A DNA stretch of 64,000 bases, from positions 15,848,651 to 15,912,650 of the forward strand of contig CM120647.1 of assembly GCA_051362555.1 (NCBI GenBank), read 5' to 3'. Source of the stretch: Lingula anatina. Lineage: Eukaryota > Animalia > Brachiopoda. The position numbers and the translations under genes are program-made. Below the pieces are notes generated by a model. It was not told the origin of the DNA. It saw only the letters and a list, made by a program, of their open reading frames with translations, and did no database searches. Below, in pieces: positions 14,801 to 24,400 of this stretch (the stretch's first letter is position 1; every line of letters begins with the position of its first letter).

Positions 14801-14955
14801 TTACCGATACCACACTTTGATTTTTAAAAACAACCGCAAAACACAATTATATATGGATACTGTTTTACGCTATCTGTGTCAGACTTTTAGTTACGTTGAA
14901 CCACTTGGTGTTTACCTGACAAAATTGTGATCCACACAACCAGGAAGAAGTCCAT
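5891..14955 (-). CDS. Multi-exon cell-surface receptor ectodomain: signal peptide - EGF-like - F-type lectin (FTP/F5_8) x2 - EGF-like x2 - FN3 x2 (RPTP/Tie/MEGF-like); 3' part not found in the window
   Basis: Exons with GT-AG boundaries and matching phases: 14916-14955 (MDFFLVVWITILS), 13558-13722 (CHYTDGNFGWVC..CPGHCVDNPWGIGC), 12409-12621 (NLALGKPTTQSS..LAVDGN..PWWLVELG), 9833-10027 (GRYVKISR..LVLCEVIV), 8917-9129 (NIALGKHASQST..LAVDGN..PWWEVDLG), 8220-8441 (GQFVRV..LTLCEVMV), 7809-7955 (FGPECRYKCNC), 7429-7566 (CPFGKFGPLCEYTCHC), 6981-7280 (FN3, IENLLEYTAYEFTV), 6294-6376 (donor less certain), 5891-6122 (FN3, IEDLVPYSNFTVNISAVN). The last exon ends at a donor site. Confidence 0.88.
9360..9582. 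mobile_element. PIF/Harbinger-type MITE
   Basis: Long near-perfect TIRs GAGCGCATTCACATCGAGAAGAGCCGAGGCTCAAC.. / ..GTTGAGCCTCGGCTCTTCTCGATGTGAATGCGCTC, with a TAA duplication on both sides (9357-9359, 9583-9585). Confidence 0.85.
10696..12354 (-). mobile_element. Full-length but inactivated Tc1/mariner transposon in an intron of the FTP receptor gene
   Basis: TIRs CAGGGTTGCTACTTAATATGGAATA / TATACCATATTAAGTGGTAACCCTG and a TA duplication (10694-95, 12355-56). Length about 1.66 kb. Confidence 0.9.
11012..12035 (-). pseudogene. Tc1-family DD34E transposase pseudogene
   Basis: Fragments KPLLTAGHIQRRLQWA..WNHVFFNDEARY, YQDDCATPH, W..DSPDMNPIEKLW and GGHTRNY*; interrupted by stops and frameshifts. 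Confidence 0.9.
12843..12991. repeat. Imperfect palindromic (foldback) element
   Basis: GGACTAAC..GATCAAATAT..GACCCACATGAAAGC is mirrored by GCTTTCAAGTGGGTT..ATATTTGATC..GTTAGTCC. Confidence 0.6.
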
Positions 14956-15833
14956 TTTCTTTCGTCTCCACCTCACAGTAAAACTAGTTCAGATCAAGCA
15001 AGCTGTTATAAATGAATGCCTGCCTGGGTGAATACAATGACTTGAAATGACACAGGGCCAGGTGTCATTTTCAAAATGCAAAACAGGGAAGTGGGTTTAC
15101 TTGAGCCAAAGAAGCAGTTCTCCTGCACGCCTTGTGCAGCCTTACCTTGTTTGGACGATTACAAGAGTCTTTATGGGGTAAACTAGAGACTGTCATCCCA
15201 TCTACTTGTTTTTAAAAAATCGATTCTATACATACTGAATGCCCTATATGTAGATTGATGTATGACATGTCGGATGGTACAGGCATTAAACTCCCGACAT
15301 AATATAAAGAGATTAATACAAAAAAAAACATTTAAAAAACAATCTTTTAACTTTGCATGTGGGCACGGCTTCATCAATCATTGAAAAATTTGTGAAAATC
15401 GTCGTTTACCGAAGGAAAATCTGTTTTATGGCACACTTCCCGCCAAAATGAAGAGTTGTTAGCCCTTTGATAAGGAAGTCGAAAATTCTTTCTTCAAGTG
15501 ACGCAATTGTAATATCCAAACAAGACGTGGAATTTTTAAACATTTTATTATGTCGGTAAGCTTTGGCTTATGTGTTGGTGATGCTTGTGGTGTTAACAAA
15601 TTAGAGATTCGGCGTTCTAGACTCTGTTGTACAAACAGGTAGGGGCCTATTTGTTAGATGAATGATTTAGTTAAACTGCACTCCCCTGATTAAAAAATCA
15701 AAATGGCTGCCTAAGAAAACAGTGATACCAGACTTGTATGAAAAGATTAGCAGGCATTCGTCCTTTAGAAAAATTGATACGCTATGCTTTTATGTCAAAA
15801 TCACATTCATGTTCTTTGTAAAAGTCTATAGTA

Positions 15834-16384
15834 CAGGCCTACCCAACTACCAGACTCGGCACCTAAGGATCCTGAATTAACCGGTATATCGGACCACACT
15901 ACCCGTTTTCAAGGTGTGTGTCAGATCGCATTTCGGAGTATCAGCCAGAGCACCGACAGGATGAGCCCTGGCATGCTCGGCTGTCACCTTGATTGGATAG
16001 TAAACGATTGTCGTAAAATCGCTATATGATTTTAAAACCGGGTGCATAATTTTGAAAGCCACCTAGATGAACCTTGGACTGCCACATTAATCTAATACAA
16101 TGCAAAAAAGCCCTATCAAAAGTGGTTTAAACATTCAAACCGAATGTCGTTAAGTCCCCATATATCCCCATAGAGACAATAAAATAGAGTACTCTAAAGT
16201 AAGAGTACAGTTTAAGGTTGTTCAGCCGAGTGTGGGTGAGCCCGCAGTCGTGCTACAAAATTTGTTCTGGGGTATGATACTCCGAAATGCGATTTGACAC
16301 ACACCTTGAAAACGGGTAGTGTGGTCCGATATACCAGTTAATTCAGGATCCTTAGGTGCCGAGTCTGGTAGTTGGGTAGGCCTG
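15834..16384. mobile_element. Young non-autonomous TIR element (MITE) with ~110-bp TIRs
   Basis: CAGGCCTACCCAACTACCAGACTCGGCACCTAAGGATCCTGAATTAAC.. is mirrored almost perfectly at ~16275-16384; flanked by TAGTA on both sides. Confidence 0.9.
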
Positions 16385-16665
16385 TAGTACTTACACCTAT
16401 TAATAGTAGTCGTAGATTTCTGGTATTAGAAAACAACATTCACCCTGGGATCACCACACTTCAAACATGTTTATGACCAATTGTGAAAAACATGAGAGTG
16501 GATTCAATAAAACAAACCAATGGGTGATCTGAATGGCTTACATTAATATTTCAATTGCCCGCAAAGTTTTTTTTTAATATTGTCTACACATGTTAACGAA
16601 CATATGCAATGTATAGACATCAAATGATAATGAGGAGAGGCTATGCATATTTTCGACGCGTGGAT

Positions 16666-17946
16666 TCAAATAAAGTCATCAATTGTACAATAAATGTCTT
16701 CTCCATGATCGCCGTCATCATATATTGTATCATAAGTGTCCATGTTATAGTCTGCTTCACTGATACTTGGGACCGAATGTGGAATGTCGTCTGCTTCTTT
16801 GGTGCTAGGGACCGGTTGTGGAATATCGCTTCGTACCGTTGAAGATTTCCGAGATTGGACCTGTCTTCTCTTGTAAACGCACAACAACGCTACCACGACC
16901 GTAACGGTGATCAACAAAGCGAAGAACACTACAGCCATCACGACTGTTGGCGTACTGTTTCCTCTTTCAGTTTTCTTAATATTGGCATTGGCGTTTCCAC
17001 ACGTTCCTCCCTCTTCATATGCCAAATGCTTCAAAAACGACACATTACAACGGCAATCCAAGCTATCACCGGGTCCAAAGTTTAGATACAGTGTATTTTT
17101 GGAGTTCACACTGATCTGAAATAGTGGACAATTGTCTAAAGATTCTGAGTCCTGACGAGTGGGATCTGACAAATCAAGCTGAGCTAACAATGACATATCG
17201 GGCGGTATGCTTATCAATTTGTTCCCAGACAAAAACAGCTTGTCAAGATTTTTTAGACTACGGAAAAAAGAAAAGTTAAGAACACGGATAAAGTTATTGT
17301 TTAAATACAGCTTTTTCAAGCCGCTTAAGTAGTTTATTCCTGATGGAACCTCCCTCAATAGGTTGTGCGACATATCAAGATTCTGTAAGACGGTGAGTTT
17401 CTCAAAGGTTCGCGGATCTACTGCGGTGATCAAGTTGTTTTTCAGGTACAAACGCTGAAGACCGGTAAGGTATCGAATATCGAATGGCACCTGCGTGAGT
17501 CTGTTAAGAACGAAAGACAAGCTATTAAGACGCTGAAGATTTTGCAATAATCCAGGCTCTACATTGCTTATCTGATTTATGGGGAGAGAAAGGTGTGCGA
17601 GATTAACCAATTTTCTCATCTCTGGCGGCACTTTTTCAAGGGAGGTGTTGAACAATAACAACCATGTAAGACTTGTCAAGGCACCCAAGGCCGTGGTGTT
17701 TTCAAGTTTGGCTCCGGTTATATCCAACCGCACACCGAGACTCAGGATGTCCCTCTTGGTATCGAATCTTGGGATCGTCCGTAGATTGTCGCATTCCAAT
17801 TGGAACCCCGGTATTCCGTCTACTTTAGTGTTGATGCATGTACAGGGAGACTTGCAAGGATCTTGTACCAGGGCCACTGCTACCATCACCTGGACTGCTA
17901 AACACAATACAGTACCCTTTAGAACGCCCTGTCCTGTGAAAGCCAT
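16666..17946 (-). CDS. Type I transmembrane leucine-rich-repeat protein (426 aa, single coding exon, no TIR domain)
   Basis: Signal peptide, LRRNT (CKSPCTC..LEC), about 8 LxxLxLxxNxI/L repeats, LRRCT-like LDCRC..C, TM segment VVMAVVFFALLITVTVVVALLCVY followed by KRR, and a short acidic Tyr-containing tail. Confidence 0.92.
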   Translation of the reverse strand: MAFTGQGVLKGTVLCLAVQVMVAVALVQDPCKSPCTCINTKVDGIPGFQLECDNLRTIPRFDTKRDILSLGVRLDITGAKLENTTALGALTSLTWLLLFNTSLEKVPPEMRKLVNLAHLSLPINQISNVEPGLLQNLQRLNSLSFVLNRLTQVPFDIRYLTGLQRLYLKNNLITAVDPRTFEKLTVLQNLDMSHNLLREVPSGINYLSGLKKLYLNNNFIRVLNFSFFRSLKNLDKLFLSGNKLISIPPDMSLLAQLDLSDPTRQDSESLDNCPLFQISVNSKNTLYLNFGPGDSLDCRCNVSFLKHLAYEEGGTCGNANANIKKTERGNSTPTVVMAVVFFALLITVTVVVALLCVYKRRQVQSRKSSTVRSDIPQPVPSTKEADDIPHSVPSISEADYNMDTYDTIYDDGDHGEDIYCTIDDFI

Positions 17947-19119
17947 GGCAAGAACAGTCTATTAGACGCAGTTTTGCCTGAAAAGTTTTGTTTAAAGATT
18001 TTTACTGAATTCTAAAATATGTAATGCTGACCGGCTAAAGGACGTCTCAATTAAGGAATAATGTGTCCCCTTGATTAATACCCTTCTGTTTCTAGCGGTC
18101 TGTTACGTTTCCAGCTGAAACTTGCAGCCAACTCTTTGCAACAGTGGATCGACAAAAAAGAAGATTAAATGTCAACAATGAGACATCAGGCATAATTTAT
18201 GTGTAACATTTGAAACAAATTTGAATCAAACAAATACAAAAATAAATGAATAAATAAATAAATAAAAACAATTGTAACGAGCGCATTTAAAAGCACGGTA
18301 AATCTACATGTATTTTATATGTCACTCTAATACTTACCGACAGCACATTCTGTTGCAATGGTGCCTCTATTACTGCGTCCAAAAACAGCTTTGGCAACTC
18401 GACCATGATACTAATGTTATTATTTAGTGTAACACGATCAAGATAAAGTACATGTAACACTGAAGGCAATTACTAGTCGTTTGCCATATATCATAATACC
18501 TACTCGTATTTCATTTCCTTTGACGTTAACGTCTCAAAAAAAATCGGAAATAGGCTTTAGAGTTAATTGAACCTGAAAAACATTTGATACATTCGATACG
18601 GTGGATAATATATGTGTTGCACCTGATCCTTCTATCATTTCATGGCATAGAAATACACACATGATGACAAGGAACATACATTTAGGAATTAGTACAAAAT
18701 TAGATATACTTCCATGTACTCTATGATATCATTCAACGTAAAGTAATGTAAAGCCATTATTGGTTGGTAATGGTAATAAATCAGTGTACTGAGCTGCGGA
18801 CAGGGTGATGCAAAAGATAATTTAAAAATAAAAAAAATAAAACGATTTCCAAACCCTCAGGAGACAGCAACAAAAAAAATGAGATTGCACACAAACTATT
18901 GGTGCTACAGACAACTGTAAAATATATAATTACAAAAACTAAGAACATTATACATACCGTCGTCACTGAAAAAGTTCGGCAATCACGAAGTTAATGTGAG
19001 ATGTTTAACAAAAGCTGATGCGTTGTATATAATGTTTTAAAACTCTGCATGTTTGAAGAATTGTGTAAACGTATCCACAAAACTATTACGAATCAATTTA
19101 TACAAAATATGAATTCACG

Positions 19120-19252
19120 AAAGTGAATCACCCTAGCTTCCCCAGCTGTTCGGGGAGGCGTGTCATTCAGTTAATCTGATTGTATTCAACGAGAGACCCC
19201 GTGGAGTTGAATCGATCTACGTAAAACGATAGTTTCATGGGAACGCACCCCA
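19120..19252. repeat. Half copy of the palindromic repeat family also at 27375, 42650, 43550, 49530 and 55925
   Basis: GTGTCATTCAGTTAATCTGATTGTATTCAACGAGAGACCCCGTGGAGTTGAATCGATCTACG..TGGGAACGCACCC matches the right arm at ~43120-43214. Confidence 0.65.
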
Positions 19253-19397
19253 AGACCACTTAACTGGGACAGATGAGTATCTAATGTTGGCGTTAATTTG
19301 CGATATTGATATTGGAGCGTTCCACTAAGAATCGTTCTCAACCAGAGAAAATTTTATCAGCGAAGGGTTATTATACCTTTTTGAGGCTTCAGTTAAA

Positions 19398-19430
<33 letters not shown>

Positions 19431-20106
19431 CAAATGGTAATTTGATATAAATGGTGAAACACTTTACATGGTGTACAATAATCTGACCGTATTTCAGACC
19501 TTATCTGTTCCTCATTCTTTTGCGGGCAACAGCAACTTTACGTTCATTTATTGACAAGGACTACAAAGACCATTCCGTAACACTCATTTGTTCTAATGAG
19601 CATAAGTAAGGGAGGCGTCCGAGAGAGATTCAAGTCAGCTTTGGAGCCGTCGTGTTGACCTGTTGCTCTTTTTTGCTCTGTCCAAAGGCTGTGCAAAACT
19701 TTTGAAACGTTCCTTTTCTCGGATCATGAGTTAAATCTAGGTAAATATTTTTAGGTGCATACAGAGATTTTAAATGTTCTCGCCATAAGGTCACGTTGTC
19801 AACAATAGTTTGGAATGTGATCAAGACTATGCGTAACGGGCAAAGAATCTCAGAAAATAGATCAATTAATAATTTCCCATTTTCAAGTGTTTTTCTTATT
19901 CAAGGTCCTTTGCATTTAATTTCTTGTGCACTTGATTTTGATGTTGCTGCTACATCTACACTTGTAGCTAAATACAGCGTTTGAGTAAAATTGCAACATT
20001 GGTTATCATCATGTCTATACCAAAGTTGCCAGGGTTTAATCACCAAGAGAAATTAGATGCGGCATCTCTGGATTTTAGAATCTGACAAATTGTATCGTTT
20101 TGTTTT

Positions 20107-22329
20107 TCAAAAGTTAATTTCACAAATAAAAAAAACAAGTGAAATCGGCGTGAACATCACCCCAAGTGATTGTGCCGTACCCAACTGACATGAAATGCTC
20201 TATCCCTTTCCAGTTATCTGGACTTGAATCCCAATTTGTGTATGAAAAGGGCGCCATGTTGTGAAACCACACCCACTGGCCTTCCCTGAAGTAATCCGTT
20301 CCATCAGTCCAGTAGAAGGCTGTCTTTGCCAGGTATTCTAGAAAATATACAAATTACCGTCAGCATATACGGGTTTCTAGTTAGAAACCTAAAATTTTAT
20401 TTAATTATGGGCTTGGCTGCTATGAGAGTGCGTAGCATTCCTGGAGAGGGGCTGTTAAATGAAAATATCCAGGAAACAATAACTGGAGGAGGTGGTTCTG
20501 TACATGTTTGGGGGGCCATTTGCAGCAACGGTATTTGCCCATTGCTTCCTCTGGATGAAAACCTTAAGGCTGCCAGATACAGAGACATTCTCCAGCAGAA
20601 CCTGGAGCTGTTCGCAAGAGGAATATACAGAGACAATTTGAGATTGCAACATGACAATCCAACTACCCACACAGGCCGCTTAATTGCAGACTATATCCGA
20701 AAAAACAACATTCAGCTGATACCACAGCCAGCAAGAAGCCCAGATGCAAACCCAATTGAGCACATGTGGGATTAACTTGGTCGTGCTATTCAGAGGAGAT
20801 GAACTGCGAGATGCCCTTCAAGATGAATGGACCAGAATTTCTCGCCAAAGAGCTGTAACTCTAGTTCACAGTATGCCACGCCGTCTGGCGGCCATTATCC
20901 AAGCTCGGGGTGGGCATACCCACTATTTAGATTAATAATGAACTCTGAAGATGTTTCTTGACAATTTCCCCTAATTTCATATTAATTGTCAATCACAGTA
21001 TAAATTTATGTTTAATTTTTCACTTGGTACTGTTATGCAAAAAAGTACCCCTTTTTGGGGGCATGAGAAAAAAATACCCTAAATAAATTAACGCTTTTTT
21101 CACATTTGCATTGTTTGTTTCTTCTTGACTTTACCAATCCTCCAGCTTCACATATTTAACAATATAAACAGTATTAATTTGATTATATCAATAATAATGA
21201 AAGAAACAGGGCGATATGCCTCCCAAAATTTCCGTGTACCAACCATTTTGGGCAATAGTGTACATGTAAAGGTCTATAGATACAGAAAACGTATGACGAA
21301 AATTAAATGTATTGATTTTATCTTAACCTCAATACAGGTAAGTGAAGAAGAAAATAGTAGGGAAAATACATCAAACCTGCTCTGGAATTAAGGGTGTTTC
21401 GTATAAATGTTTGCTCCGCTTCTGTTTCTATGGCAAGCAGATGGGCGCCTATCAAGGAGCAATTAGCAGCGGCCTGCCACCACGTTGCTTTGCGTGTGAC
21501 CACCAAGTAGCAAGCTCGTATGGCACTGTTCCGGATGTAACCCTTAGGGCAAACAGCTATAAATTGAAGATATATATCATAAAACATGACCTTTGATCTG
21601 TACTGTATATATTTTAAAAGCTGAGTGACAAAAGTGATTCGTTCTTCGGAAGATTCTAGATTATGAAAATCAGATGCTGTCTGCGGTTTCACAAACATTT
21701 ACCTTATGACACATCATGTTAAACATGTAGCTAAAATCTATTAAGAGACACATATACATACTTGACGTATGAAAACGAACCGCATCAATCTTCAGTTTTT
21801 GTATCTCTTGCTCCAGCTGTGTGAGTTTCAAAGCTGCACCGTTTACCACAGACCTCAATAAAACAAAATCCCTGTTGGCTGCCGTGAAGTCGTCTTTGTT
21901 TTTAGTGACCTTGACCTCCATATCAAGTAGAGCTTTTTCGGTTTTATTAAGAAGTCCATAATTGTTCGAAATCCTTTCTTCGAGTGACGCAATCGTAATT
22001 CCCAAGTGGGACGTGTCATTCCTTAGTACATTTGATGTACGGGTAATAGATTCAACTTTGGCATTAAGGTTGGTGACGCTTGCGTTGTTTACAAGGACTT
22101 GGCGTTCTAGATCATGTTGTTTTAAACTTAACTGTTGGACAAATCTCCCCTGTGTAATGTAGCTACTCTGTAGCTCGGTAGTCGAGCGGAGGAAACGGTA
22201 TTCCAGTTCTTTTAACTGTGAGCATGTTGTCTTGTTCTCACACTAAAACAAAGACAGTTATATGGACATAAAGTATTGTATACGTGAATTTAAGACTATA
22301 GCTCTTTTTTTCTCCCTCTCACACACACA

Positions 22330-22372
<43 letters not shown>

Positions 22373-22533
22373 AGCGTAGAAAAAATTTTAACATATTAAA
22401 TTAGAAAATATAGTACAAGTAGTATGCATAAAGATGACATTCCATGACGTTGCATTTACGATGTATGGGCCTACAATGTCTTGTAATGGATTTCATCATA
22501 TCAAAGTTGCATTTGCATTCAACAATTATACCA

Positions 22534-22576
<43 letters not shown>

Positions 22577-22668
22577 TTCATTTGACCCATCTCATGTTTA
22601 GCTAAAGGCGGAATCTGAGCGAAGGAAACGCGCAAGAAGAACAAAAACGGCAGCCACACGACATCCAT
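20107..22668 (-). CDS. Secreted C-type lectin with a long coiled-coil neck (perlucin/CD209/collectin-like), 4 coding exons; frameshift near the 3' end
   Basis: Exons 22576-22668 (MDVVWLPFLFFLRVSFA signal peptide), 21762-22242 (heptad coiled coil), 21377-21556 (CPKGY..ACYLV..TWWQAAANCSLIGAHLLAIETEAEQTFI) and 20107-20337 (YWTDGTDYFREGQWVW..YTNWDSSPDNW..WGD..). The terminal ICEINF* is in a shifted frame after an A8 tract; as read, the stop is at 20120-20122. Confidence 0.85.
20400..21260 (+). mobile_element. 3' half of a Tc1/mariner element (transposase pseudogene plus right TIR) in the last intron of the lectin gene
   Basis: GGGSVHVWGAI, LQHDNPTTH, SPDANPIEHMWD*, SMPRRLAAIIQARGGHTHY. The right end ..ACCAACCATTTTGGGCAATAGTG|TA is at 21260. 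Confidence 0.85.
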
Positions 22669-24143
22669 CTTTGATATAAGTTTACGCCTACCAGCCTTTG
22701 CACTATCTCAAGTCCTATAAAGTAGGTCTTCAGGAGACTGGATGGTTATCTGTTTGCCTGTGATAAAATATTATTGTAAACAGGGGAGCGGGGGGTTTCA
22801 TCTGCATCCACAGTGCAATTTTTTTAATTACTTTTATCTTCATTTTTTCTTAATTTAAAAGATGTTTGACACCACATAAAAGGAGATAATGTGTAAAATC
22901 AGTTTACATTGTCTTCTTGGTAAATATTTTAAGAAATGTCAATTAAGCTATCATTCTTAAGGCAAGATTTTCCTTAACCTTCCCTGATCATTTTCTTTCA
23001 CGCCTTCAGCAATGAGGCGAACACATCAACACTTCAAATGATAATCAAAAATCAACAAAAAGAACCATTATTGTTGCTATATTATTGCTATATACTACAG
23101 GAGTTTTGTCGACAAATTTAACGTCCTAATTGCTACACTTACTAGCCCCACCCTTCCCCAACTCCACCCCCTCTCCGTCCTTCTCTCTCCAAAACACATT
23201 CAACTCCCCTTCCCTATCCCCGAAACACACTCATAGGCGATGAAAAATCTCAACTAACACAATCCAATCAATTTGTCCATAATAAAGCTGGCCATGTACC
23301 AGTTGGGTAAGTCTCATTGCTATGTGTGACAAATATCAAGCAAGCCAAACAGAATTCGCGTTGAAAGAATTAGTGTTTCTTCTATAATCAACCCAGCAAA
23401 AATAGTCAATATTTTACTAGGTGTAATACAGGTTTTATACCGATGGAATTAACGAAAGATAATAAATTTCTGATAACAGAAATCGATGCTACAGAAATGC
23501 GACTTTGCAATGGAATTGGACTATAAGAGACTTGGTATAAAGAATTTCAAGAAATCAATAGTTTCTGAAATCGTATGTACATTATCTGAACAGTGAGAGA
23601 GTAGAGGAGAGACAAAAAAGAGAGGCGTCACAGTGTACATTTTAATTAGGTGCTCCAACAGAAAAAATAAGCGTGCAGATGCAACATTTATTAATTTCTT
23701 TGAATCCCAGCGGAAGCAAAGAGGGACATAAATCAAAAATACATCAAAATAAAGATGTCACTAAGGTTAAGTTTTACATGTATATCAACTTGACTCAATA
23801 CATGAGTTTTGCTCTAAAACAGCAGAGAAAGACGTACATGTATATTCACAGTTATAAACGATATTATTCAAACATTAACACCTTTAAACTATATTAGGTA
23901 TATTCAGAACCTACTTATGTATAGTTGTAAAAGAAATCCGGTTATTGTTCCCATGCAGTCCAAAGACAGTTAAATTGAAAGGTCTCTGTACAGAAAACAG
24001 TTGTGAAATGAAGCCGTAAGCTTAAACAAGTATTCTGACAGTCACATTATAGTCCATTAACTTTGGACTTGGATCTGGTTTTGCGAAAGGCAAAATATTT
24101 GAGTACGCTGCACTGCGCATGCGTTAGTCTCGGTCCGAGTGTG

Positions 24144-24341
24144 TTACTTTGCGGTGCAGGTAGGGTATCCACTTGTTGCTCCATCCATAATGGAGTCTCC
24201 ACAGCGAAAACGCCCCATTCCGGGAATCCTTACCATATGGTTCAAGTCGCAGCACGTGTTGCATCTATATACGTTAGAAAACTTGTGCACCTGAAAATAA
24301 AAAGCATTTGATCTGTACAATGCTGTAGCAGGAAATTCGTT

Positions 24342-24400
<59 letters not shown>

